Shown here one piece after another: positions 12,279 through 25,880 of a stretch of DNA of 64,000 nt. This stretch comes from Octopus sinensis (taxonomy: Eukaryota): contig NC_043006.1 in NCBI RefSeq assembly GCF_006345805.1, positions 2,356,001 to 2,420,000 on the forward strand, in the 5' to 3' direction. Position numbers and translations under genes: made by a program. How positions within the stretch are numbered: the stretch's first letter is position 1; every line of letters begins with the position of its first letter. The notes under the pieces were generated by a model. That model saw only the letters and a list, made by a program, of their open reading frames with translations. It had not been told where the DNA came from and ran no database searches.

Positions 12279-14849
12279 GTTAGCTTTATTTACTGGTTTC
12301 TGTGCAAGGAGTTTTTTTTCCTAATGTATTATGAGCTATTATATGCAGCTACATTTGCACTTTAGCAACCTCACAAAAAAGACTTACTTGGATGGAGTAC
12401 TTATATGCCATCATCATCACTATCATCATTATTTAACGTCTGTTTTCCATGCTGGCATGGGTTGGACTGCTTGACACGGGGCTGGCTAACATTTATATCA
12501 TCATCATTATTTAGTGTCTGTTTTCCATCCTGGCATGGATTAAACAGTTTGACTGGAACTGGTAAGCCGGAGATCTGCATCAAGTTCCAGTCTGGCTTGG
12601 CTAGGTTTCTATGGTTGGATGCCCTTCATGACACCAATCATTCCAAGAGTGTAGTGGGTACTTTTTACATGTCACCAGCATGGGTGCTTTTATGTGCCGA
12701 CAACACAGTACCAGTCACATGACACCAGCATTAGCCCCCAACTACAATTTCACTTACACACACACACACACTCACATATGAAGTCATCATCATCATCACT
12801 TTAACATCCACTTTTCCATGTCTGTATGTCTCAGACCAAGTTTATTGAGGCAGAGTTTTGACAGCGAGATGCTCAACCGTTTCCAAAGAAAGTAATATTT
12901 CTCCACGATGAGACATATTTCGCACAGAATATATAGAATGAACTGCATTGCTTGTATGCCAATAACACTCATTCACAGCTAATATATGATGTCAAGATAA
13001 GGAGATACGAGCTTATATACTCATATGCATTAATACTCACACACATACACACACACATGCATGCACACAGACACACATATGTATGCATGTATACGATAAG
13101 CTTCTTTCAGTTTCCACCAAGCATATCCACTGACAAGGCTTTGGTATGTGAAGATCAATAGTAGAAAACACATACTCAATAATCTTTTATGATATCAGTT
13201 TTGGAAGTTCACAAGGATTTCTGACAAAAATTACATGGTGCTGAAATTTCGTTTCACATTCATTGTTGCTGGGTCATAGTACTAGTATCAAGTGTGACTA
13301 TTAGTAGTGGCAGCAGCAGTAGCAATGCTAATGACTGCAGTATTTGTGGCAGTTGGGTTGGCAGTAGTTGTGTCCACTTCTTTCCTACATGTTTCTAGAA
13401 GTGGTTGGCATTTGGCTATGGAGGTTGTTTTCTTGTTGATGTATTGTTGTGTTGTGTACCACTACATTGATACATGTGTAAAGCATAAAATTTTATTGTT
13501 TCTTGTCTATATGTGTATCTACTTGTTCGCCAAGTCCTATTGTCTGTATTATCATATTTTAATTTGTGATCTATGAAGTGTTGTGCATTGACTTAAGGAT
13601 ATTCTGGTTTGACCTATGTAATGGTCTCCACATGTGATTACAAAGACTAGGTTTTTAGAGGCACAGGTGTACTTACTTTTATTGTGTTTAAAAAGTTATT
13701 TTGTACTCTTTTATTACTCTTTTACTCTTTGTGCTTCATCTTAAAGGTTGCGGACATGCTGAGGCACTGCTAGGAAAATAAAAAATAAAATATATAAAAA
13801 ACGTGATATGTATGAATGTATGTATGTATGAACGTATGTATGTATGTATGTATGTATGTATCTATCTATCTATCTATGTATCTATATATATATACACACA
13901 CACACATATATATATAAACATGCCTGCAAACACTTACACTCACATGTGCACACACACACACACATATATAAATGTACATATTTATACATACACATTCACA
14001 TATTGAGGGAAGGAGATAGAGAGTGACAGGAAGAGAAAAAGCTTATAAACACTATATATAGAGAGAAAAGGAGTGAGAGAAAGAAAGGAAAACAGACCAA
14101 CAGACTCACAGACTTAGGTAGACATATGTAAACTGACACACACACACACACACACACACACATATGCATTTGCAAATCACACACACACACATTTAAACAA
14201 AATGATTGGAAAAGAGTGAGCAACGGTAATATTATACATAATATAACAATTAAAATTAAATATTGACTGCACTAACACACCATCCCCACAACCACTCACA
14301 TTCACAACCCATAACCCACAATCCTAGATTAGGCGGGGTTTTAATAGTTAAGGGTAGAGACCTCCTACCTCCTAGATAAATAAAACTTGAAATGGGGAAA
14401 GCAAGAAAAAGAGAAAAAAAAGAAAGAAAGCAAGAGAAAAAGGAAAGTCTGTGTAAGGCAACATCTAATTTAAAAGACATGTTTCATTGGGACTGGCAAC
14501 CATTACAGATGTAGAAGAAAGTAAGTGTGGTATTGAAAACTAAACACCTGTTGAAGATATATCACTTGGCAAATTATAAGATGGTTTTCTCATCAAGGAA
14601 ATATCTTAGAAAGAAATTTAGAAACGAATAAATAAAAATGCAATTAAATAAATAAAATGTGGAAAAAAATGTTATTAAATAAATGACTGCAACTAGAAGA
14701 AGAAGAACAACAACAATAACAACAACACAGATGACAATAACAACAACAACAACTATAGCAACAATAAAAATTATCATCTAGATCTACTATTATTTCGTTC
14801 TTAATGCCACCCTGAGAATACAGTTCGTATTTCTTTAAAACAATTTATT

Positions 14850-15205
14850 GCATGTGTATGTGACTGTGTGTGTGTATACATACCTACATACATATGTACG
14901 TACGTATGTATGTACGTACGTACATATGCATGTATGATTGCATATATGTATGTATATGTAGGCATGCATATCTGTATACACGTGTACATGCAAGTATATG
15001 CATGTATATGTAAATTGTGTGTGTGTGTTTGTATGTGAAGGAGTGTGTTCACCCATATATATATATATATATATAATATATATATAATATATATATAATA
15101 TATATATACACATATATATATATATATATATATAATATATAGATAGATAGATAGATAGATAGATACATATGTATATATATATAGACACATACATACACAC
15201 ACTTA

Positions 15206-15241
<36 letters not shown>

Positions 15242-15519
15242 TGCATGCATATCTGTATACATGTATAGATGTAAGTATATGGATGTATATGTAAATTGTG
15301 TGTGTGTGTGTGAGTGAAGGAGTATGGATGTGTATGTGTGTGTGTGTGTGTGTATCCATCCATATATGTTTGTGTATATATATATATAGATATGTATGTA
15401 TATATATATACACATACATACACACACACATATATATTACACACATACACACACACATATATACATGTATGTATATATTTATGTGTCTATATATATATTA
15501 TATATGTGTTATATATGTA

Positions 15520-15552
<33 letters not shown>

Positions 15553-15597
15553 ATATATATGTATGTATGTATGTATATATGTATGTATGTATATATG

Positions 15598-15631
<34 letters not shown>

Positions 15632-15765
15632 TGTATGTATGTATGCATGTATGTACGTATGTATATATGCAATGTATGTATGTATGTATGTATGTATGTA
15701 TGTATGTACGTATGTACGTATGTACGTATGTATGTATGCATGTATGTATGTATATTCCCAGAAAT
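14850..15765. repeat. Compound (TATG)n/(TA)n/(GATA)n field containing a ~280-bp tandem duplication
   Basis: Unique anchors atatctgtatac..gtaaattgtgtg..gtgaaggagt occur at ~14968 and ~15250. Confidence 0.8.
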
Positions 15766-16543
15766 ACAGAGAAAACAAGAAAACAACCAAAATACTTAAT
15801 TAAAATCTAAGACCTTCCAAATTAAAAGAAATTTTTGCTTTTATTTCAAATTTTTGAAAATTTTTTTTTTCGTTTTTTAGATTTTAAATCAGTGAATAAT
15901 AATTAGATTGGAATTGCAACACTGGAAAGATTTTGTTGAAGTGAGAATCAACAGGGAAATAACAAGTTGCAATGACGACGGCTGGGTTTTTTTGACCATT
16001 AAACACATTTTGTTTTGTCATTGATTAAGTCTGAGAGTGCCAAGCTGCTTTTCAATAGCAGGACTCTGGTTGGGGAACTTGTGATTTATTATATGTAGCT
16101 GTAGGTTTTTCAGCGCATAAGGTCTGAGAAATAACCATCTGCAGTAATTAAGGGCCTGTTTAATTTATCTAATTGATTTATTTATTTATTTAGTTAGTTA
16201 GCTGGTTTGTTGTTTGTGTGTTTACTTGTTTGTTTTGTTTGCAAAGATGGGTGATTGGAAGGGTGTGTGCTTTTTGTAATATTTACAGATATGAGGCAGG
16301 AATGGTGGTGGTGGTGATTGTGGTGGTGGGCATGGGGGGAGTGTGCTTTATTAAATTGAATTCAGTAAAATACATCTGGTATTATTACTACTACTACTAC
16401 AACTATTATTATTATTATATCATTGTTATTATTATTATATTATTATTATTATATTATTATTATTATTATATTATTATTATCATGATTATTATTATATCAC
16501 TATACTGATGGTAACACATTAGCACATATAGATAGAAATACAG

Positions 16544-16589
<46 letters not shown>

Positions 16590-17089
16590 ACTCCCTCTCT
16601 CTCTACCACTCTCTCTCCCTCCCACTTTCTCTCTCTCTCTCATACATATACACACACATGCACACATTTACACACACATATGCATATGCACACATACACA
16701 CATATTGTCATGCTTTGATGCATAGAGGCACACTCAGATTCATATATAAGTATATAGACCACTGACTCACACACATACACATAGACAAGCGTATAGCAAA
16801 CACAGATAGGCACACTCACACACCTACATACACATACATATTCGCAGTCACCCTAGACACCCAAATATACACACACACTGGTACACAAATACAGACATTC
16901 ATAGACACACTCACAGTCACACAGAGACAGTCGCATAGGCAAGCACAAACACACACACACACACACACACACATGCATGCAGGTACACATGTAGAGCCAT
17001 GTGGATGACATGGAATATTTTAGTTCTCCAGGCAGTAACACAGAGATTCAAAAGATTGCCCTCAGGAACTTTTAAATGCTAAAAATCAG

Positions 17090-17244
17090 GTTTACGTTAC
17101 AGAATCTGTCCGTGAAAAGGTGTTGCAGAAATGCCTTCAAACTGAGTTGTATGACCTAGGGCCCTACACTGAAGGGGTCAGGAGGCCTCACCTACTGATT
17201 GCTAAAAGGCTGAACAACATTCTTGATCGATATGGAGTGAGAAA
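17090..17244 (+). CDS. Internal exon of host gene (VYVTESVREKVLQKCLQTELYDLGPYTEGVRRPHLLIAKRLNNILDRYGVR-), tentatively GREB1/GREB1L-like
   Basis: Only one of six frames is open across this unique island; aatcag| acceptor (in-frame alternative start at 17066) and |gtaggt donor; phase 0 to 2. YDLGP..VRR..LLIAKRL resembles my recollection of GREB1L YNLEP..IRPFQLAVAQKL. Confidence 0.7.
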
Positions 17245-18148
17245 GTAGGTTAAGAACTTAAGAAGTCGTTAATGTGTGCCCAGTGCAAACAACGGTTTCA
17301 CAAAGAGGGAAGTAGGGTGTTGAGCAGATTGATAAGCAACCAGGGTGTGAAAGGGGTACAGAAATAGTTCACAGGTGTGGCTGTGTAGTAAAAAGTTTAC
17401 TTCCCAGCCACGTGGTCCTGGGTTCAACCCCGCTGCATGGCACCTTGAGCAAATGTTTTCTGCTATAGCCTCCAGCCAACCGAAGCCTTGTGAGTGGATA
17501 TCGTTGATGGAAACTGAAAGAAGCCCGTCATATATATATATTATATATATCATCATCATCATCATCATCATCGTTTAGCGTCCGTTTTCCATGCTGGCAT
17601 GGGTTGGACGGTGCAACTGGGGTCTGGGAAGCCAGAAGGCTGCACCAGGCCCAGTCTAATCTGGCAATGTTCTATATATCTGATCTGGCAATGTTCTATA
17701 TATATATATATATATATATATAATCATCATCATCATCGTTTAACATCTGCTTTCCATGCTAGCATGGGTTGAACGATTTGACTGAGGTCTGGCGAACCAG
17801 ATGGCTGCACCAGACTCCAATCTGATCTGGCAGAGTTTCTACAGCTGGATGCCCTTCCTAACGCCAACCACTCCGAGAGTGTAGTGTGGTTGGCATTAGA
17901 AAGATATCTGTACATGTATGTGTGTGTGTGTGTGTATGTATATGGCCCCCACTACTGCATGACAACTGGTGTTAGTGTGTTTATGTCCTTGTAACTTAGC
18001 AGTTCAGCAAAAGTGACCGATAGAATAAGTACCAGGCTTACAGAGGAAATAAGTACTGGCATTGATTAGTTTGACTAAAATCCATCAAGGTGGTGACCGA
18101 GTGTGGCTGCAGTCCAAAGACTGATACAACTAAAAGAACAAAAGCATA

Positions 18149-19071
18149 CCGTAAATCCTCGAGTATCGTCGGCCCTTCAGTATAATACGCAGGGGATTTT
18201 TAGGGGGCTGTACCTCCGAAAAACCTAAACCTTGTGTATAATATGCACCCCTTCTCTAACTTGAGTCAAGGAGGTCTATATAACATCCTTGGTTTGTAAA
18301 AATGTATACGGTAACGTCCTTTATTATTATTGTATATATAACATACTGCAAACGTGTAGCTTTTCAAATTTTCTTCTGGCGACCCTATTACCATGCTCTT
18401 CAGCATATGATGTAACTTCAAGTTTAAAAATAGCTGAATAAGATCTACAAGGCATTTTATGGGTATGTTATGTATAAAATGTTTTATTGGCGATTAATGT
18501 ACAGGTTTAAGTCCCGCTTATAAAAAAACCCTAGTAAAGACCCACAGTAGTTCAAACATTTAATACTGGTATTTAATTAAGTATCTATTGTTTGCCACGG
18601 TAATGATGTAAACAGCCAATACAAACAGCTGGATGAGCTATTTAGCGCTAAACTATTAAGCACAATTCGTGCGTAATTAAGCCAGCAGCACCTAGTCGAA
18701 CAAACACTTCCGCACATGTGTAATACAATAATGGTGATGTTCTTAACTGTTATATGGGAATGTAAATATGTTTGCAAATTGTTTTTGTTACATGTTATTC
18801 TGTGTTCTGAATACTTTCATTTTAATAAATGTTGCTTACTGCAAGTTATGGATGATTCTTTGATGCCTTCATTGCTTTCAGGCTTAGCTTAAGGTATTTT
18901 CGCGCCCAACATCACAAAATGCGTCGGAATAAACATTGTTGGACAGCAAATGGAGACTCGGACATTGCTTAGAAAATATTTTTCACTTTTAACCTCTTAT
19001 ATAGTACGCCCTAGGGATTTTGACCTTTAAATTTTGGGAAAAAAATTCGGATTATACCTGAAGATTTATGA
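18149..19071 (+). mobile_element. pogo/Tc2-like non-autonomous element (long form)
   Basis: TA-CCGTAAATCCTCGAGTAT 5' TIR; degenerate inverse CGGATTATACCTGAAGATTTATGA-TA; both ends shared with 5053-5475. Confidence 0.75.
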
Positions 19072-19378
19072 TATTTGCTTCCCAACCACATGGTTCTGAG
19101 TTCAGTCCCACTGCGTAGTACCTTGGGCAAGTGTCTTCCACTATAGCCTGAGTAAAGCCTTGTGAGTTGATTTGGGAGACAGAAACTGAAGGTAGCCTTC
19201 AGCTGAAGGTAGCCTACAGCTGGATGCCCTTCCTAACGCCAACCACTCCGTGAGTGTAGTGGGTGCTTTTTACGTGCCACCGACACAGGTGCCAGATGAG
19301 GCTGGCAAACGGCCACGATCGGATGGTGCTTTTTACGTGCCACACACATATAATACACACACACACACACATATACAT

Positions 19379-19429
<51 letters not shown>

Positions 19430-19751
19430 AACAAAAGAAAGAGGCACTCAACATATTTAGTAGGAGTTGCATGTATTATTATTGAAAACAGTTTGATTTG
19501 CCCCCCCTGCAACGTCCGTGGGCTGATTGAGCTCAGGCAAGCAAATAGAGTGATGCAGGAAGTGTGAGGTGGCTGCTGGAAACTGCGCTGCTACCGGTCG
19601 AGGCAGGCCACATGATGTTGTTGGAAATAGTGTTGAAATTTCAGTATCTTTAATAACAATAATGATGATGATGACGACGATGACAACAACAATGATGATG
19701 ACAGTGTCAATGACGAGAACAATGACAACAATGTATATTTGTTCCTTCTCA

Positions 19752-20026
19752 AGCTGTGCCTGGCTCATAAGGGCCGGTTTCCCGGTTTCCTTGGCATATA
19801 GGTTCCGCACCTGGACGGGACGCCAGTGAGCTGCAAGATGCAGGAGGAAGGAGTGAGAGAAAGTTGTGGTGAAAGAGTCAGCAGAAGTTCGCCATTACCT
19901 TCTGCCGGTGCCGCATGGAGCTTAGGTGTTTCGCTCATAAACACACACATCGCTCGGTCTGAGATTCAAACCTGCGATCCCTCGACCTCATCTCCACTGC
20001 TCTAACCACTAGGCCATGTACCTCCA
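19752..20026 (-). mobile_element. tRNA-derived SINE, family A
   Basis: Collinear with 71-333. Confidence 0.85.
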
Positions 20027-20029
20027 CAA

Positions 20030-21285
20030 TAATGTATATACTATTCTATATTTTTGAGATGAGGAATTATGTACATTATTTACAATCGATGGATAGGTGT
20101 CCTCACCTTCTTTGTTGTTACCACAACATTTCGGTTGATGTACTCTCCAGCCTGCATCAGGTGTTCTAGTGGAATTTCGAACCCAGCCCTTTATTTGACT
20201 AATAGAGTACTCTGTTCTCATTCCTAAGGCATTCTTTTTTGCTGAAGTTATTTTTTTCTGTTAATTGGGATTGAACTCAGAGTCTGAGGGTTAGTAGCTC
20301 ATGCTCTTATCCACTATGCTATATGTCCATAGGCAATTATAGAGTGAATTTTTCAGCTTATAAACTAATATTTTATCTTTTCATAATACCATTTCCATAT
20401 TACATTCATATCTGCACTCAGTCTGCTTAGGAAGTTATTGGGTCCTTGCATATGTGCTGCCTCTTTTAATTTCCTTATTTTCCAGTAGGGGTCGCTGTCG
20501 ATTATTTTAACTTCATCCCACAGAGGTAGGTGGTCTCTGTTTATCCACACAGGATTGGCTATACTCAGGTTTTTCAATATTCTCTCATGTCACAGCTTTT
20601 CGATGTTCCTCAACCCCTATTTTAAGGGGGCAGCATGTTTCATCTTTGCATAATCTACCAGAAATGCAAGGGACGGACTACATGCAGTTTGGGGCCACAT
20701 TCTTTTGTCTGGGTGGTTTTTCTCAGAGAAGATATTTTGCAAAGTGTTCTATTACTTCTCAATACTGTTCAGATGTCATATGGGCCGCATATCTTTTGTA
20801 TGTTTTCTGAGAGGCCTTTCACACAGGGTAGACAGATTGTGGACAGTTTATGGGTTTCATCCTCTCTTTTCTTTATAATTGGAGTGGAGAGTATGTTTTC
20901 TGGGTAGTTGTTGCATAGCAGATTGTTTCTTAGCCTGATCATTTCTTTGTGATGTGTATCAGGATCACTACTGACAGTCTTTGCTTGATGTTTTAGGCAT
21001 TGAGCAATCCCTCTCTTTAAATTGTGTGGATGGTGGGAATTGAAATTGAGATATTGTCCAATGAAGGTTGGCTTGTGGTATACAGTTGTCCTGAAACCAT
21101 ACTCAGTGTATGTTATTAATACATCCATGAATGCCAGCGGATTGTCTTTTCCCTTTTCCATTGTGAACTGTATGGATGGTTTTATTGAGTTCATATGATT
21201 GAGCAGTAATTGGATATCTTCTTGGTGGGGGCCAGAGAATAAAGGTATCATCAACATATTGAAGCTGTACGGCTGACTTTAGTGA
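20030..21285 (-). pseudogene. 5'-truncated Penelope-like element: RT C-terminus, GIY-YIG remnant and 3' terminal repeat
   Basis: YVDDTF (~21250); ORF 20769-21257 with LAFMDVLI..TTVYHKPTFIGQYLNFNSHHP; DHLPLWDEVKIIDSDPYWKIRKLKEAAHM (20365-20577); terminal repeat 20030-20250 homologous to 46420-46570. Confidence 0.88.
20119..20165 (-). ncRNA. Degenerate minimal hammerhead ribozyme in PLE terminal repeat
   Basis: AACAC CUGAUGC A GGCUG-loop-CAACC GAAA UG UU GUGGU; G8/A9 region and stems mutated, probably inactive. Confidence 0.55.
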
Positions 21286-21918
21286 TGAATCTAACGATTT
21301 TTGTGTGCTTTTAAATGGCGTATAAACACCTTCCACTCTGCAATTGTTTTTGTTTCAGCACACAATCTCAGATCAAGTCACTTGCTATGCAAGTACATCT
21401 CCGTAATATATATATATATATGTACTTGTATATTGTTGATGTTATAAGAACTTAGTAACTTTGAGAGAACATGAAGTAATTCCTTTTTTGCAATGGTGAA
21501 TGTGAATCTTGGAGTAGATAAAGGCTTTGACTTTTCTGTCCAAAGAGTTCTTTAACCCAATATTTACATGCTATTATTCATAGCTTTATCTACTTCAAGA
21601 TTTACTATTCCAAAAGGAATTATATATAAAGCACCATCCGATCGTGGCCATTGCCAGCCTCGCCTGGCCTCCGTGCCAGTGGCACGTAAAAAGCACCATC
21701 CGATCGTGGCTGTTTGCCAGCCTCGTCTGGCACATAAAAAGCACCCACTACACCCTCGGAGTGGTTGGCGTTAGGAAGGGCATCCAGCCGTAGAAACATT
21801 GCCAAATCAGACTGGGCCTGGTGCAGCCTTCTGGCTTCCCAGACCCCAGTTGAACCGTCCAACCCATGCTAGCATGGAAAGCGGATGCTAAATGATGATG
21901 ATGATGATGATGATGATG

Positions 21919-22357
21919 ATTCTATAATTATATACATAATTATAATCAGGGGTCAGCTAATTGCTTCGCCACTTACCGAAATTAGAAATAGATGCTAATG
22001 TCATTTCAACTACCACAAGCATCTCTGAGACAATAACACACTTTTGGGGAAAATGGTTGAATATCAGTTATGCGATGACACTTGATCACAAACATATTTA
22101 ATTCTAACACTCACAAATTTATAACTTGAAATATCACACTGAGAAGAGAAATTGGTAAATATAATTTACTTTAATCTCAAAACATGTCTGTGATTAATCG
22201 AAGTTATGTGGATTCATAATTTTTCTTTTTGCCTACATAAAAAAGCGTGCTATTGTCTCAGAGATACTGAAATGACATTAGCGTCTGTTTCTAATTTCGG
22301 TACATGATGAAGCAATTAGCTGAACCCTGATTATAATTATGTATATAATTATAGAAT
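21919..22357. mobile_element. MITE/foldback element with ~95-bp terminal inverted repeats
   Basis: ATTCTATAATTATATACATAATTATAATCAGGGGTCAGCTAATTGCTTC..TACCGAAATTAGAAA is mirrored at 22265-22357. Confidence 0.75.
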
Positions 22358-22462
22358 ATTTTGTATAATTCACATAAAAAGGTTATTTTAACTTACTGAT
22401 TACTTGGTAGAATTATTAATTATTAATCAATTGATTATTTGATCAATTAATTAACCTTTCCC

Positions 22463-22495
<33 letters not shown>

Positions 22496-22677
22496 TATAT
22501 ATAGGGAATGGTATCTAAGAATAAGTAAGGCTACTTTTCATTTGTCAACTTAGAGGAAGTTCTTGACATTCTGTCAACTTAGTAAAATTGATGAACTGAC
22601 TTGTGCAAAGTGGGGAACCTCTGTCATAAGTAGATTCTATGAGCACAGAAAGGATAGACAGTTATTTAGAGAGAAAC

Positions 22678-22870
22678 TTAGTGTAGAAGCAGGTGTTCGT
22701 CGGGACATTGCCTAATTACTCTATTATTCAATTTAGTACTGGAGGCAATAGCAGAGAAATGCAGAACCAGGTGTTCTTTAGATTGTTGAAGGTAATGTGG
22801 TTGATTGTTGAAACTGTAAACACAGTTTTCTTTCAGTTTCCATATATGATTAGATAAAGCTGCTGTGCTT
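22678..22870 (-). mobile_element. Penelope-like GIY-YIG C-terminal fragment
   Basis: TAALSNHIWKLKE..KLNNRVIRQCPDEHLLL* matches the typical PLE ending LSxHIWxLK..LNxRxE..xC.H..xLL. Confidence 0.55.
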
Positions 22871-24329
22871 GTGTTTGTGTGTGTGTGTGTGTGTGTGTGA
22901 CTTTTCTCCGTTCCTGAAGGTAGCCTTATGTTTTGGGTAGTGACTATTAAAACTGCTTTCACTCATACCAATATAGGACATTTCTGTTTGTGACCTGTTT
23001 AAGATTTAACTCTGGCTTAAAAAAAGGATGGCTTTGCTTATAAGTTTACCATTATATATTGTGTGAGTGTGTGTGGTATGTGTGTGTGTGTGCATGTGTG
23101 CGTGCATACGCACACATTTATATATATGTATGTGTATGTATGAACAGAAAAATAACTGTTAATTGATAATGTGTGCGTGTGTATGTAAGTGCATATATGT
23201 GTGTTTATGAGTGTGTTAGTAGGCAATAATTTATAGAGTGTTATAGATTTATATACTTGATATAATTAACTTTGGACATTACAATATTAAGTTAATTAGT
23301 TTTAGACAATACAGAATCAAGAAGTAAGATTTGAAAAGATAGTTTATGGTGTTGTATGTTTAGAAATTAACATTTGGAATGAAGAATAATCGTGTTTTTC
23401 TTGTCTTAACATATATACACGTAGGTATGTGTGTGTTTTTGTGTATAATGTTTATAAGTGAGTATGTATGCAAATATATATATGTAGGCTTGTGTATACC
23501 TGTGTATACTATACGAGTATGTGTGTATGTGTGGTGTGTGTCTTGTTATGCATACCTGTGTATATACCTGTATGTCTTTAGTATGTGTGCATGCATGTGC
23601 GTTATATGTGCATGTGTGTTTCTTTGTGTCTCACCACGTGTTTATGAAGCACATGTGGATATGTGAGTGAATAGGTGTTTGGAAGTTAAAATTAATTATA
23701 TTTCGTTATGTTTGTCATTAAGTCTGTTTATCTATTTATTACCTGATAACAAAATCAAGATGAGGAAATCTGTTTATAAGGTACAAGACAGGTTGTCATG
23801 CAAATTAAATTCCAGGGACAGACTGAGCTCAAGGAACTAAAAAGAACCCACAAGAAAATTCTTTATAGGTGTAGGAGTGGCTGTGTGGTAAGTAGCTTCC
23901 TTACCAACCACATGGTTCCAGGTTCAGTCCCACTGTGTGGCACCTTGGGCAAATGTCTTCTACTATAAACTCGGGCCGACCAAAGCCTTGTGAGTGGATT
24001 TGGTAGACGGAAACTGAAAGAAGCCTGTCATAAATATGTATATATATATATGTATGTGTATGTATATATGTTTGTGTGTCTGTGTTTGACCCCTCAACAT
24101 CGCTTGACAACTGATGCTGGTGTGTTTACGTCCCCGTAACTGAGCGGTTCGTCAAAAGAGACCGATAGAATAAGTAGTATGCTTACAAAGAATAAGTCCT
24201 GGGGTCGATTTGCTCAACTAAAGGTGGTGCTCCAGCATGGCCGCAGTCAAATGACTGAAACGAGTAAAAGAATGCTTAAAAATTATTGTTGTTGTCGGTG
24301 TTGTTGTTCAGCTGCTGGTCTTCTCTGAT

Positions 24330-24780
24330 CAAGCAAACCTGAGAACGGAAGGAATTGTAGCCATGGTCATCATGGGTTATGACTGAAAGAATATGATCAC
24401 AAATACAAGGAGCTGAACTGGGGTTTCCTCTGAAAGGTGTCTGGAGTAACGTTACTGAACAGGGTGTCTCTCCAGATTAAGCTACTACTTCTCTGCTTTG
24501 AGGGGCCTCATCTTCGGTTCTACAAACATGTGATTAGAATGTCCTAGGACAGAATTGCAAGACGGGTTTGTTAAGCTGAAGCAATGAGCAGGAGACCTGG
24601 AGGTGGACCAAGAATGAGATGGTTGGATAATGTCTGTGGTCTGTGTTGACCATACCTGGGAATCCAGCAGGAAAGGGTAATGACAGTTGCTTTTGACTGG
24701 ATCATATGGAGGAGGAGGGGCCTGGGGATTCTACCCCCAACAATTCTCTCAGGAATAATGAGTAGAGAAGAAGGATGGAT
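24330..24780 (+). mobile_element. Old RTE-clade LINE ORF C-terminus
   Basis: LRFYKHVIRMS*DRIARR..RRPGGGPRMRWLDNV, the RTE terminal motif pattern. Confidence 0.6.
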
Positions 24781-25419
24781 GGATGGATGGATGGATGGAT
24801 GGAACATCCTGTATTTTAAAACAGTAGGGTGTGTTATGAAGGTAATTTGGCTGCTATTTCCATATCACAAATAACCTCAGAAAGGCTAGGCTTCTTCCTC
24901 TTTGACTTTATCTTTTATCTTTTACTCACTTTAGTTGTTAGACTGTGGCCATGCTGGGGCACAGCCTTGAAGAATTAGTTTTAGTCAAATGGATCAACCC
25001 CAGTACATATTTTCATTTTAAGCCTGGTGCTTATTCTATCATTCTCTTTTGCCAAACTGCTAAGTTACAGAGATGTAACCACACCAACACCTGTGCACAA
25101 AGATGTCATTACTGTTTGCTTTTGATTATCTCCAGGTCAATCTTAATTAAACAAACTTATGATCAAAGGTGTTCTAGCTATGGTCCTGCCATTGTTGCAC
25201 ATCAAGAATGGACCCAGTCAATTCACCACTCCTCAGTTTGCCACCAGTTAATATATTCGTGGTCAATTCCTCTTCAAGCCAATTCTTCACCAAGTCAGTA
25301 TGTTGCTAGATCAATTTATTGCCAATATTTGAGTCAGAATGCCACCAGATTATAAAGCAGTGCTTTAAAAAGGTAGTGACTTGACATTAAGAACTGCCAG
25401 CTTTCTTATGCAGTTCTTC

Positions 25420-25880
25420 ATAAAATTTGTTTCACTGATGCACAAACACATATTTCATGCAGTTTGGGTCATCTATAGCATACATTCCATACAGCTTGTG
25501 TCACTCATGACATATATTTTATGAAATTTGTTTCTCTGATATATGATATAACCTTCACAATACATACATTTCACACAGTTTGTGCCACTTAAAACACATA
25601 TTCCATCCCACTTGCTTCACTGATCTATAATATTACATTCACTACATATATTTCATAAAGTTTGTGTCACTAATATAAGTTATAAAATTTATAACACATA
25701 TATTTCATAAAGTTTGTTTTACTGGCATAAGTATAAGATTTCTTGCACATATTTCACACAGCTAGTTTTGCTAGTATAAAATGTTACTGTTATTTCACAT
25801 ATTTCACACAATATATTTCACTGATATATAATACTACAGTAATGGCGTATATTTCCTATAGTTTGTTTCACAGATATACT
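25420..25880. repeat. Degenerate minisatellite
   Basis: Motif acatatttcaYaMagtttgtKtcactgatata recurs about 10-12 times with variable spacers. Confidence 0.7.

Noticed and set aside
14473-14520. Candidate exon ending in |gtaagt between two modelled exons
   Set aside because: Weak acceptor, and it would require a different, poorer acceptor for the 17090 exon; the simpler model is already in frame.
14801-15810. Long ORFs of 130-200 aa rich in Y/I/H/T/C/V/M (also 44825-45957, 49850-50906, 61752-62535)
   Set aside because: They are translations of (TA)n, (CA)n and (TATG)n microsatellites, which lack stop codons in several frames.
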